The notes beneath the pieces were generated by a model. That model did not search any database, was not told the DNA's origin, and saw only the letters and a program-made list of their open reading frames with translations. From the NCBI GenBank assembly GCA_963797715.1, contig CAWCQS010000007.1, positions 24,566 through 88,565 on the forward strand: 64,000 bases of DNA, written 5' to 3'. The stretch's first letter is position 1. Every line of letters starts with the position of its first letter. The DNA comes from an uncultured Acidobacteriota bacterium. GTDB taxonomy: Bacteria; Acidobacteriota; Vicinamibacteria; Vicinamibacterales; 2-12-FULL-66-21. A program made the position numbers and the translations under genes. Below are positions 36,591 through 46,903 of the stretch, piece after piece.

Positions 36591-36907
36591 GCGACGCCTG
36601 CGCACAGGCACTCGGCGATTCCCCGATATCACCCCAGCCATAACCCAATTCGACTTCCGCGCGCCTGCGGAATCATGACCTGGTTCGCGGAGATCGTCTG
36701 AGCCACTCCTCGGTCGCTTTACACATTACAAAGTGAACCGCCCGAAGCCGGTCAGGGACAGCCTCTACAAAAGAACCGTAAGTCGTTAAGAACAAATATC
36801 TGTACGTCGATCCGTGTGATTCGGTGGCAGTCGCGATCCTGGTTGAACGGCCGCGTCGCTGCGAGCGCGCGAGCACTACCTGAGCCGTATCGACCGGGGG
36901 AACACCA

Positions 36908-39179
36908 TTGCACACACGAGTACGCGAAGCTTTGCTCGTATGTTTTTTTCTGGTCAGCGTAACGCCAAGCCTGCCGATTCCAAGCTCAGAAACCGTCGTC
37001 GCGGCAGCAGCGAGCGAAGAGACGGTGATCGACAACACGCAGTCGGAACTCGTCGGCGCATGGACGCCTTCGACTTACAAAGTCAACTACTACAAGACCG
37101 ATTACCTGTATCGCCGGGCTGGCACCGGGGCGAACCGTGTCGTGTGGCGGCCCACGCTCGTTCGTGGTGGAACCTACGCCGTCTATTACTGGCTCCCGAA
37201 CGGTGCTGCTGATCGTGCGCCAGATGCGACCTTCACAGTGCGCCACGCCACCGGCGCGGCGCAACTCCGGATCGATCAACGAGTTTCACCCGGTGGCACA
37301 TGGAGGGCTCTCGGCAGTTTCGTGTTTCTCCCCGGCACGGCGAGCACTGTGGAACTCACGGACCGAGCGAGTGGAACCTACGTGATTGCCGATGCGGTCA
37401 AGTTCGTGTTTACCTCCGACGTCGTTCCCACGCCGGCCGTAACTATCGTTGACAATGATGCCGCGACGCTCAAAGGTACCTGGACGGTTTCGACTTCGAG
37501 GCCGAACTATCACGGCACGAACTACGTGTTCAGACCGAGTGGCGGCACTGGCAGCAACACGGTCCGATGGACACCGCGTCTCACCGAGCCCGGGCGTTAT
37601 TTCGTGTACTACCGGCTTCCGGACGGCCTGGCCAACAGGGCGCCGGATGCGCCGTACGTCCTGGCCGGTGCTGGTGGCACACAGACGGTGAAGGTTGACC
37701 AGCGCCAGGCATCGGGCGGCGATTGGGTCTCGCTGGGATCCCTGACGTTCGCCGCCGGAACGGCTGCCTACGTGGAGCTGTCGGACAAAGCGACAGGCAC
37801 GTACCTGATTGCCGACGCAATCAAGTTCGTTCGGACCGACCACGTCTACACCGTACGTACCGACATTCGCCGCCAGACCATTCTGGGTCTCGGGGTCGAG
37901 ATTCAGAGCGACAGTATCGGGTCGGGCAACGACGGACTCCCCGATAAGGTCTCCGCCGTTCCGCACGACCTGACGGCATCTGAGCGGACGCGCTTCTATT
38001 CCGAGCTGTTGAAGGGGTTCCGGTACGTTCGACTGGCCATGGGGCTCTACATTCGCGGCCTCACCAGCGACAGCAAGAACATCGTCGAGCGTTATCCGAA
38101 TCAGATGGTCGATCTCCGCCAGATGATCCAGGAGTCCGGCATCGAGGGCGCATCCGTCGAATACTGGTCGCCTGCGCCTTACTGGAAGAAGAACAGCAGC
38201 TTCATCGGCGGATCGCTGAAACAATTCGACGATGGGTTTCTGTCGGATTTCGGTGACGCCGTGGTGAGAGATCTCGACTACCTGGCGGACAACGGCATCC
38301 CGATCGCAATGTTCAGCCTGCAGAACGAACCGAAGTACACGTACAACAAGCCGTATTCGTATACCCCGTACACCGATCAGCAGTACTACCAGGCATTTCG
38401 GATGGTCGCGCCCAAGGTCCGATCTGCCTATCCAGACGTCCTGATCCACAACGACAGTCACAACGGCCAGACGGGGATGGGTTCTAAGCTGATTCAGAGC
38501 CGATCCTGCGGTTCTTCCGTACGTGGATGGCTGGAGCTGGCACCGAATCGGTATGGATTCCTCCGATCAGATCACAAACCGGCTGATGTTCAACAGCAAC
38601 ACGTTCGGACGCCCGGTATTCAGCACGGAATTCGAGTATCTGTCGGGCGGGACGAGCGTGCACCGCATGGTGAACACGGCCCAATCGATCATGAACTGGT
38701 TCACCTTCGAGAACTCACCGACCTGGTTCTGGCTGCACGCGCTGAAACCAACCTACAACAGCGAGGGGGAAGGATACGCGCTCGGCTTGTGGCGGCCTTA
38801 CGACGATGACGATTTCACCAAGTACCCCCACATCGCAAAGGGTCAGTTCGATTACATCAAAACCAACTGGCACGCCGTCGCAGGCTTTGTGAAGTATCTG
38901 CCCTGGAATTCCGTCCGCTATCACGTGGATGAGGGTCTCCTGAGCGCCAATCATCGAATCATGGCGTGGCGCACTCCAAACGGGAAACTGGGGCTCGCTC
39001 TCACCAACCGGACAACGAGCCCCTACACGTTCGACATTAGTGTTCCCGGCACGAGCCGGCAATTCACTGGACATAGGTACGATGCCGGTCGGGCGGACAT
39101 GACTCTTGCCAGGGTGACGGGTACAACGCTGACACTGACGGTTCCGAGTTACTCGATCGAGTTCTGGATCGAGGAATAG
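36908..39179 (+). pseudogene. GH30-like glycoside hydrolase with two N-terminal golvesin-C-like modules, one frame break near 38500
   Basis: TTG start and signal peptide. Two ~130-aa repeats follow (VIDNTQSELVGAWTPSTYKVNYYKTDYLYR...YVIADAVKFV and IVDNDAATLKGTWTVSTSRPNYHGTNYVFR...YLIADAIKFV). The catalytic region (ILGLGVEIQSDSIG...IAMFSLQNEPKY...) continues in frame 0 from about 38523 (VDGWSWHRIG...FSTEFEYL...YSIEFWIEE). The family call is moderate. Confidence 0.7.
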
Positions 39180-39371
39180 CCGACGAACCGATCGCCGGTC
39201 CCAGTGCAAAGTGAGTTGTGGAAATTTTTTCCGAGCTCTAAAGTCTAAAGAATGATCCTGCCGTACACTCGGTGTCCGGCGCAGTGCTTTTTCTGATTAT
39301 TTCCTGTACCCGATGAATCATTCGCCTTCAGCACAAAGTTCTTTCGATCGACCGCCGGATCACTCGGCGGA

Positions 39372-39647
39372 CTACCCGAGTGCAGCGTTACGTTGTTCGT
39401 GCTGACGAGGAACGATGACCCGCCGGTCGGCGGGCGTGAAACCGGTAGTCGAATTCTTTATCTGTCTACGCTGTGCGACGGCTAAGGCGGTCACCAAGTC
39501 CGCTTTAGGGAGCGCATAGTCAACAGCCGGCGATGACACCGGCTTGCGCGCGAAGAGCATCTGCCGCGATGGCGCATAGTCGTCGCCACGTTGCAGGTAC
39601 CACACGAACGCCCGCCGAGCGCGGAAAGAGACGTGAGCACTATTCAC
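39372..39647 (-). CDS. Hypothetical 91-aa ORF in low-G+C debris
   Basis: ORF only; no motif recognised. It may be a gene remnant. Confidence 0.2.
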   Translation of the reverse strand: MNSAHVSFRARRAFVWYLQRGDDYAPSRQMLFARKPVSSPAVDYALPKADLVTALAVAQRRQIKNSTTGFTPADRRVIVPRQHEQRNAALG

Positions 39648-39900
39648 GTAGATGCGCTGACGGTCGTCTGCGGTCTACAAGCAGAGTCCATTACTCCTGC
39701 CGCGCCCGATGACGTGAATGTCCCCGGCCCTACTCCGGCCGGTCCCGGCCAAACCTGATCGACCGCCACACTCCTGCCGGTCTCCTGGTTCCCACTTACT
39801 GACGATCGGAGCCGCAGCACGGCACATCGAGGTCAGACCAATTCATGTTCGGGGTCGGCCGGTTCCGCGAAGAGACGATGGCCTTCCCGAAGAACGATGC

Positions 39901-40125
39901 TTACGGATTCGGGGGTTTCTGGAGCCAGTTCCGAAGAACGGTAACTGGCGCGGGCCGACGTGGATTGTCAGGCATAGGCATGAGGAATCTTCCGTCGCGG
40001 GCAACGGTGTACGGGAATTGATTGGGAAGTTCTTCGAGACCCGTGGGGAACAAACGTTCAGGCGCTGCGACGTTGAATCCTGCACCGTATCGACGCGCAC
40101 TGGAAACTCGCGTCAGTCTACGACT
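39901..40125 (-). pseudogene. C-terminal relic of a TolB-like beta-propeller protein (the type found at the end of acidobacterial Ser/Thr kinases)
   Basis: Only the last ~75 codons of the 290-aa ORF look genuine: ...GAGFNVAAPERLFPTGLEELPNQFPYTVARDGRFLMPMPDNPRRPAPVTVLRNWLQKPP. They match the usual ...F.V..P..LF......YDV.PDG.RFLM......P.(I/V)TVVLNW..EL ending. The upstream part is Arg-rich nonsense. Confidence 0.5.
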
Positions 40126-40445
40126 TTCACAGGTGAAGGTCGAGTTCCTTGGCTTCGCCAGATACAGCTGGCGATCATGGAACTGTCGCGCAGAATCGCA
40201 TCCGCCGCGAACGTCATGTGAAATAGCCGCATCAGGACTTCGGCAACCGCCCTCGCCACAAGGCCGCCTCGTCGGCTTTCCCCCAGGCTCTCGTACAGCG
40301 CGACGAATCCTCGAACCAGCCTGGCTACGCGGCAACTCGATAAGGCCGCGAGATCGGCGAACCTTCACCTTGAAGGTGCCAAGGTGCGATAGACGCCCTC
40401 CATCCTCGGTGCTATATTCCGTGGTTCGGGCGTGAGGAGGTTGCG

Positions 40446-40853
40446 ATGAAATTTGGCGTAGCCATCCTGGTCGTTGCCCTCGCTGGATGCTCCAGCGAAA
40501 GCGTCCCACGGATACCGACGGCTCCTGCTTCTCCCGTCCCCGCTCCGCCAGCCCCGCCCACTGGTTCCGCGCTGCTCTGGGTGATGGTGATCGGCGACAG
40601 CGGTGCTTGCATCGACGGTGCCACGATCCAAATCGTACGAGCGGAGGGCGCAGGCGAGCCCATCCCTCAGAAGACTCCCTGCGGCGCGTGGGACGATGAC
40701 GGCGGTTTGCTCCTGAAGGATCTGACGCCGGGCGTAGAGCTGACGCTTCTTGGCGCGGCAAGCGGCTATGCACGGCGCGAGATGAGCTTCCTCCCGTTTC
40801 AGATACCGGGGTCGTACCGAGCCGTTTTCATCACATTGTCGAAGGCACAATAG
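40446..40853 (+). CDS. Small lipoprotein with a carboxypeptidase-regulatory-like beta-sandwich
   Basis: 135 aa. TATATT at 40414..40419 and GAGGAGG 6 nt upstream of the ATG. Lipobox MKFGVAILVVALAGCSS, then a proline-rich linker, then LLWVMVIGDSGACIDGATIQIV... Confidence 0.65.
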   Translation: MKFGVAILVVALAGCSSESVPRIPTAPASPVPAPPAPPTGSALLWVMVIGDSGACIDGATIQIVRAEGAGEPIPQKTPCGAWDDDGGLLLKDLTPGVELTLLGAASGYARREMSFLPFQIPGSYRAVFITLSKAQ

Positions 40854-41093
40854 CCCGCCTCAGCGATCATGCCGGCAATTCGCCAGAAGTGGCCATTCGC
40901 CCGTAGTTTGCATCTGACGGGACGAACCGCCGCCACCAATCAATCCCTTTACGAGATCTCGAACCGGCGCCGTGTGTTCAATGCGTGAAGACGGCCGCTC
41001 CTCGACTTTGCCATGGTCAGGCGGCGATCCACGACGCCGTTCAAGCGTATGAGAAACGGTTTCAGGCTCGCACAGTTCGTCTTCATGTGTCGT

Positions 41094-41633
41094 TCACCAC
41101 CCGCGAGGATAGCCGGCCGCCAGAGCTATCTGCACCGTACGATCGATGAAGTCGCTCTTGGCGTTCGCATACGCTTCGCGAGACGAACAGTCCGCTGCGT
41201 TGACCGAAGCTGCCAGACGTTTCTTGAGCGTAACGTATTCACGCGCGACGTCCCGGTGGTCGCGCAGGTAATCACGGAACGCCAACGTGCGGCGCTCTTC
41301 GTGTCCGCCAGATTGGACCACGTGAACATGGTGCGTGTGCGGCCATACACGGGGTCGGTGAAAGAACGGACAGACGGTATCGTCGACATGGGGCACGTGA
41401 ACATAGCCCAGCGTCGCGAGCGGCTCTGCATACGCCTGGAGTGGCAGCAGCCATTCCACGGAGATCTGAATGTCGATGATCGGTTTGGCATCCAGACCTG
41501 GCACGGCCGTCGAGCCGTTGTGGTCGACGCGACGAATGAGGGTGCCAAGGGTTCGCGCAATCCGATCTCGTTCCGTCTCGAAGTCCAGAACCCATCGCGA
41601 ATCGTAAGGCACGATCTGCAGTCGTTCGCCCAT
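41094..41633 (-). CDS. GrpB-family (UPF0157) protein
   Basis: 179 aa: LQIVPYDSRWVLDFETERDRIARTLG...VDHNGSTAVPGLDAKPIIDIQISV...HTHHVHVVQSGGHEERRTLAFRDYLRDHRDVAREYVTLKKRLA. Confidence 0.9.
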   Translation of the reverse strand: MGERLQIVPYDSRWVLDFETERDRIARTLGTLIRRVDHNGSTAVPGLDAKPIIDIQISVEWLLPLQAYAEPLATLGYVHVPHVDDTVCPFFHRPRVWPHTHHVHVVQSGGHEERRTLAFRDYLRDHRDVAREYVTLKKRLAASVNAADCSSREAYANAKSDFIDRTVQIALAAGYPRGW

Positions 41634-41738
41634 GTCGTTGCGCCGTCACCCTGTAGCAGCCCTACGCCGTGCGAGACCACTATCGCGCTGGTGTCGCACG
41701 CGGAGCGCGTCGCATGACAGTGCCCCGCGTTCCAGCAC

Positions 41739-42003
41739 CTAGTGGAAGACCCCCTGGAGGCGAAGTGTCGTCGCCACGAGCAGGACGACGTAGAGAACAC
41801 AGAAGCCGCCGACGACTACCGGCGCAAGCACATGCCATGCGAATCCGGTGATCACGGCTGTGCGCGCCGCACGTCGCCGACTTCGCTCGAGCTGCGTGCG
41901 GCATCGCACCCGCACGCGTTCAGCCCGGTCCGGGTCTGGCGCCAGGGGCATCAACCCCTTCAAGGCTCTCCGCGCTCGCGTCGTGAGAATCGTCGGACGT
42001 CAT
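41739..42003 (-). pseudogene. Small membrane-anchored putative anti-sigma factor, one frame break
   Basis: The ATG (42003..42001) overlaps the corrected sigma stop (ATGA) and reads MTSDDSHDASAESLEG. The reading then continues in another frame as LMPLAPDPDRAERVRVRCRTQLERS...ITGFAWHVLAPVVVGGFCVLYVVLLVATTL. Confidence 0.5.
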
Positions 42004-42589
42004 GTCGTGATCTCCTTCAGGGATGCGACGATTGGCGCCTCAGCGTCAGCCAGACGACATGCGAGGAGCGCGCGTGCACGAGCTCACGCGCTGGCGCATG
42101 GCCTCGGCTGTCACACCGCAGATTTCGGCGGCCTCCGAGTGTCGCATTCCCTCGACGGCTACGAGCAGCAACGCTTCGCGATACGCGAGCGGAAGCGAGG
42201 CGAGCGCCGTCGGCCAGTCGCCGCCCGGTTTCGCTGGCTTCCACGGCCTCGAGCGGGGATGGCCCGGGCCGGGCATCGGGCCAGAGGCCCAACAGACCGG
42301 CGGCGTGCGAATCCTCGAGCAACCGCGAACGACGGTAGTTCGCGTGCACGTGGCGGGCGACGGTGAACAGCCAGGGGCCGAGGCGGGTGTCGGGACGAAG
42401 GCGCCGGGCATGCTTCACGAGCCGCAACCAGGTCTCTTCGAGCAGGTCTTCGGCGACATCGCGCCGGTTCGACAGTCTGACGAGAAAGTTGTACAGGCGG
42501 CCATTGAATGCGTGATGCACCGCATCGAACGCTCCGGGATCGCCCGTTCGCAGGCGGCTGACGAGCTGGAGCTCACACTCGCGATCCAT
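42000..42589 (-). pseudogene. ECF-type RNA polymerase sigma-70 factor, two frame breaks
   Basis: Region 2 is AEDLLEETWLRLVKHARRLRPDTRLGPWLFTVARHVHANYRR. Region 4, in another frame, is ALASLPLAYREALLLVAVEGMRHSEAAEICGVTAEAMRQRVS. Removing one T restores ...SRARALLACRLADAEAPIVASLKEITT with the stop at 42000..42002. Confidence 0.75.
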
Positions 42590-42618
42590 CGAGGTAATAA
42601 CACGGAAGGCGCGACAAC

Positions 42619-43020
42619 GTGACAGCGTCACGCTGCCGGCTCTTGGGGGTTATATCAGGTACACGCTCTTCCAGGAGGTGGTGCTTGGAGTTATTCGCCA
42701 ACGCCGGGATCATGGCCCTGGCCAGTATGTTCGTGGGCGTCCTGCCGTTGACCGTCGGGATCGTCTATGCCATCTGGCCCAATGAGCAGCGCCTCATGCT
42801 CACGCGTGCTCTGTCGCTCGCCACCGTGTTCGCGATGATCGCCGGCGTGGCACTGGGTTTCATCAACGAGTTGCGCTTCATCAGTCGCAGCGGGACGGTA
42901 ACCTTTTCGCCACAGGTCGCGATCGGCCTGGCCGAAGGGCTGGTTCCTCTATTCTTCGGCTTCGGATGTCTGACAGTGGCGTGGCTCTGCGTGACTCTCG
43001 GGCTCTGGCGACGTCCGTGA
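42619..43020 (+). CDS. Hypothetical 3-TM membrane protein
   Basis: Hydrophobic helices (MALASMFVGVLPLTVGIVYAIW; LSLATVFAMIAGVALGFI; LVPLFFGFGCLTVAWLCVTLGLW). The start is probably the internal ATG near 42712. It is divergent from the ECF sigma gene. Confidence 0.5.
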   Translation: MTASRCRLLGVISGTRSSRRWCLELFANAGIMALASMFVGVLPLTVGIVYAIWPNEQRLMLTRALSLATVFAMIAGVALGFINELRFISRSGTVTFSPQVAIGLAEGLVPLFFGFGCLTVAWLCVTLGLWRRP

Positions 43021-43024
43021 GCCT

Positions 43025-43567
43025 CTAGTCGGTTCCCGTCCCTATGTCGATCCAGTAGCGGCGTTTCGGCTTGTCGACATCCGGCCCACGGACGATGTTC
43101 TCGAGGACACCGCCGTTCTTTTCGATGGTTCGAATCGACCCGAGGTTGTCGTCGTCGCACGTCACCAGGATGCGATGAGTGCCACGACACTTTTCGCGCG
43201 CGATCTGCAGCGACAAGCGAAGAATTGTCGTGGCATAGCCCCGCCGTCGAAACTCCGGCACCACGACGTAGCCGATGTGGCCGCCCACGCGCTCGAGATA
43301 CTGGTTCAGTGAGTGTCGAATCGAGGCACGCCCTACGATCCTGGCGCCGACAAAGGCGAAAAGGAACGTCGACGGAACGTGCTGCGCCGACGGAAGGTTG
43401 ATGCCCTGCTCCTGCTCCGCGAGCACCTCGAGATAACGGCGAAATGGCATCCCGTCCGTGTAGTAGTGGAGAAAAGATGGAACATCCGGCGAGGTGGCAC
43501 GGTGAGCCCGCAGGAACTCTTCCTCCTCGTCTTCCCTTGGACGCCTGAGTATCAGATCTGATTGCAT
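43025..43567 (-). CDS. GNAT-family N-acetyltransferase
   Basis: 180 aa with the acetyl-CoA motif GYVVVPEFRRRGYATTILRLSLQIARE. Confidence 0.85.
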   Translation of the reverse strand: MQSDLILRRPREDEEEEFLRAHRATSPDVPSFLHYYTDGMPFRRYLEVLAEQEQGINLPSAQHVPSTFLFAFVGARIVGRASIRHSLNQYLERVGGHIGYVVVPEFRRRGYATTILRLSLQIAREKCRGTHRILVTCDDDNLGSIRTIEKNGGVLENIVRGPDVDKPKRRYWIDIGTGTD

Positions 43568-43581
43568 CCACGATCACACGG

Positions 43582-44538
43582 CTACGCCATCGCCGAGCGC
43601 ACAGTGGCGCGGATCTTCTCCATCGCGGTTTTCAGGTTCTCGTCGGCGCTGCGGGCCCAGTAGTCGCGGTTGAAGAGTTCCAGCGACAGATAGCCGCGGA
43701 AGCCGTTGTCGCGCAGGTCGCGGAAGATCTGCTGCAGGGGCGCGACGCCATCGCCAGGGTAAATCCGATGGCTGTCGTTGAGCGTGGACGGGTCGGCCGC
43801 CTGTGGATAGTCGTTGAGGTGCATCACGTGGAGGGACGCCCCGTTGATCTGCGTCAGGGCCGTGAACGGCGTTCCGCTCTTGTACAGGTGAAACACGTCG
43901 AGCAGGAGGCTGGCGTCGGCGCGTCCAGCCGCGACTGTCACGTAGATACCGTGCGAGAGCGGTCCGAGCACGGGGTGCGTGCCCCACAGCTCGAGCAGCG
44001 GCTGCACACTCATCTTCTCGCCCATTTCGAGGGCCGCGCGATAGTACGTCGCGGCGTTGTCGAGGCTGACGGCGACGCGGCTGTTGCCCGGCGGCGCAGC
44101 GATGCGATGGCCGCCGATCTGTGCCACTTTGTCCATGTCGATCTTCAGCTTTTCCATCGACGCCGCGCGCCGCGCGTCGTCGTCATCGAGAAACGCGTTG
44201 AAGGCGATGGCGTTCTCGACGGTCAGGCCGGCATCCGCAATCCGTTGCCCCAGGTCCTTGAGCGTGCCGCCCTTCGAGGTGTAGTCGTCGATCTCGTTGA
44301 TCCACGGCTCGAGCGCATGGAAGCCGGCTTTGGACGCGGCGTTGACGACGCTGACGATGTCGAGCTTGTTGCCACGAATCGTGCTCGTGTTCAGACAGTA
44401 CCCGAATGGCTCGTTGGCTGGTCGCGGGCGCACGCCCGTGGGCCGCGGCGCCTGCGCCTCACCGGCGGTCGAGGACATCATTGCGGTACCGAATGCGGCC
44501 AGAGCGCCGGACACGGCTTCTCGACGGGACAGCTCCAT
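43582..44538 (-). CDS. Tat-exported sugar phosphate isomerase/epimerase (xylose-isomerase-like TIM barrel)
   Basis: Start ATG at 44538: MELSRREAVSGALAAFGTAMMSSTAGEAQA. TIM-barrel family strings: FHALEPWINEI, LLELWGTH, LHVMHLNDYP, GYLSLELFN. Confidence 0.85.
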   Translation of the reverse strand: MELSRREAVSGALAAFGTAMMSSTAGEAQAPRPTGVRPRPANEPFGYCLNTSTIRGNKLDIVSVVNAASKAGFHALEPWINEIDDYTSKGGTLKDLGQRIADAGLTVENAIAFNAFLDDDDARRAASMEKLKIDMDKVAQIGGHRIAAPPGNSRVAVSLDNAATYYRAALEMGEKMSVQPLLELWGTHPVLGPLSHGIYVTVAAGRADASLLLDVFHLYKSGTPFTALTQINGASLHVMHLNDYPQAADPSTLNDSHRIYPGDGVAPLQQIFRDLRDNGFRGYLSLELFNRDYWARSADENLKTAMEKIRATVRSAMA

Positions 44539-44684
44539 TCTGCGAATCTCCTTCAGTGCGGAGGGTAGCGGCTCGAGCATCGTGAATGCAAGAGCGACCC
44601 GATGACTTCGCCTCGAGGACGCGTGCTTTGCCGAGGCGAGGCTCAGTGGGGGACTTAGAATTGGTGTCGTCGGAGTACACGACT

Positions 44685-46896
44685 ATGACGACGAAGAGGC
44701 TATTTTGCACGAGCGGTCTGGTGTTGATTGCCGCCATAGCGTCGGCAGCGCTTCTCCAGGCCCTCGACGTCTGGACCGTCGGCGTCAACAACACCCGCCA
44801 GGGCTGGAACCGGTTCGAAACCGTGTTGACGACCGCGAACGTGCCGAAACTGAAGAAGATTCGCGAATTCATCGTCGACGAAAAGATCGACGTCACGCCG
44901 CTCGTCGTCGGCGACAAGCTCTACGTGTTCACCATGACGAACACCGCGTTTGTGTTCGACGTCAACACCGGGCGCCCAGCTCGCCAGACGTCAGCTCGCT
45001 GCGCCGTTCGATCCGGCCGACATCGCCAACCCACCGGGGATGGGCATGGACCTCCACAACATCTACCGCAATTGGGGAATCACGGCGACGCCAGTGATTG
45101 ACGTGGCAACGAACACCGTCTATGTCACGACGTTCGGAAAACCAAACGCGGCAAGCCCGAACATCGAGCGCAACAACATGCTCTGGATGCTCGACGCGAA
45201 CACCCTCGCCGACAAGGAGCCGCCAGTGCTCATCGAGGGCACGGCCGACAACGGGGGCGGTGCGATCGCGAACGGCGTCACGACGCCGTACCAGAAAATG
45301 CGCGCGGGCCTCGGACTCCTGACCGACGCCGGCGGCAACAAGGCGGTCGTGGTCTCGTTCTCGATCAACGGCGAGAACCCGCGCGGTCCGGGTCACGGGT
45401 TCGTGGTCGCGTATGACGTACGTGGCCTCAATCGCGACGCCGGCTTTACGCCGACGCCGGCGATATGGAATGTCACGCCGGGCGGCGGCGCCGGCGGCGT
45501 GTGGATGTCGGGCTCCGGTCCGGCGATTGACGGCAGTGACATCTACCTCGCGACTGGGAACGGAATGGATCCAGGCACCAGCCCCGACAGCTTCGGCGAG
45601 AGCTTCGTCAAGCTGCGATATACGCCGGGCGTCTCCGGCGTTGACAACGGCAAGCCGCGGCTCGAGGTCGCCGATTATTGGGGCGCCTTCACCGACTTTG
45701 GACGCGCGGACGAAGATCAGGACCTTGGCGCCGCCGGTGTGCTTCTGATCCCGGAACGAGGCAACCTGATCGGCGGTGGCAAGGACGGCATCCTCTACAA
45801 CCTCGACAAGAACAACCTCGGGAAGGACACCTGGAATCCGCAGTTCAATCTGCCGTTCGTCGCCACTTATCTCCCTAACCCGCCGACGAACGGCGCGGGA
45901 TTGCCGACGACGACAGTGACCAATCCGAACTGGCCGATCGTCAATCGCGATCGCAATCTGCCCGCGCAGACGCCGGCGGGCAAGAGCTATCACATTCACG
46001 GAACTCCCGTGTATCTGGAGCGGGCGGCGGGCGGCATCGTGTTCCTGTGGGGTGAAAACGAGCGCCTCAAAGGCTACAACTTCAACTTCGCCACCAAACG
46101 GATTACCGCGTTCCGCGCGCAAGGCACGCAGATCGCGTCAGGCAACATGGCGGCACCCGGCGGTATGCCTGGTGGACGCCTTGTCGTCTCCTCGAATGGC
46201 ACAACTCCAGGGACGGCGTCGTTTGGGGCGTCTATCCGACACGAGGGGAATGCGAACGCCGCGGTCGTTCACGGCGCGCTCGTCGCGTATGACGCGACGA
46301 CGGTCCTCAACGGTAACCGGCTGAAACAGCTGTTCCACAGCGATACGGATCCTGCTAACAGCATGGGGAACTTTGCCAAGTACTCCACGCCAGTAGTGGC
46401 GAACGGCAAGGTCTATGTTGGAACGTTCAGCAACAAGGTCGTCCAGTACGGCCTCGCGCCGGGCCTGAGAACTGCCAAACCGGCTGGCGTGGCCGCCGCA
46501 TCGGCAGCACCGGCTGCCGCGGCGCGCACGGCATCCACGACGACCAGTCTGAACGACCTCGGTGCGATGACCTTTGGCTGTCCCGCGGCCGCCTTGAATG
46601 CCGCGGCACGCGAGGCCTCCAAAGTGCCGTCACGGGGAAGCTATCAATTCTCGTATTTCAGAACTCATAGCGACTCTCACCATGGCTCGTATGAAGTCCA
46701 TTTCAAGAGCAACTATCAGGGCGAGCCGGATTTGAAGTATTGCGTGGCGATTTACTGCCAGCAGGGATGGGATCCCACAACCACGAAGACGTCAGTCACG
46801 TTGATGAGTGTCAAGAGTCAATCTGCGGCCGGCGCCGGCCACGGCGGCGAATGTGGCGTCAGACCGGCCGCAGGAACGGGCCGACGAAAGCAGTAG
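44685..46896 (+). pseudogene. Large secreted PQQ-like beta-propeller protein, one frame break near 44970
   Basis: MTTKRLFCTSGLVLIAAIASAALL...TPLVVGDKLYVFTMTNTAFVFDVNTG (frame 0) continues in frame 1 (ITATPVIDVATNTVYVTTFG... to ...VANGKVYVGTFSNKVVQYGL), followed by a Cys-containing C-terminal extension. Confidence 0.7.
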
Positions 46897-46903
46897 GTGG
46901 GAG

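Noticed and set aside
37286-38461. 391-aa minus-strand ORF
   Set aside because: It is antisense to the GH30-like gene, whose repeats and catalytic strings support the plus strand.
39444-39455. 12-nt identity GGTAGTCGAATT shared with 18720..18731 as evidence of a dispersed repeat
   Set aside because: It is a single short match with no extended similarity on either side. One copy lies in the loop region of the heptad hairpin and the other in island debris. That is insufficient to call a repeat family.
39901-40773. Full 290-aa ORF as a gene
   Set aside because: Only the C-terminal ~75 codons resemble a real (TolB-like) protein. The rest is Arg-rich, overlaps the supported lipoprotein gene on the other strand, and sits in low-G+C debris. 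Only the relic is reported.
35400-41090. Prophage / integrative element with integrase, transposase or tRNA attachment site
   Set aside because: I found no recombinase-like ORF, no tRNA-like sequence and no convincing flanking direct repeats. Only compositional and gene-decay evidence supports calling it an island.
41013-41717. 234-aa plus-strand ORF and the overlapping 224-aa/125-aa minus-strand ORFs
   Set aside because: They overlap the GrpB gene (41094..41633), which has an unambiguous family signature. The alternatives have no motifs.
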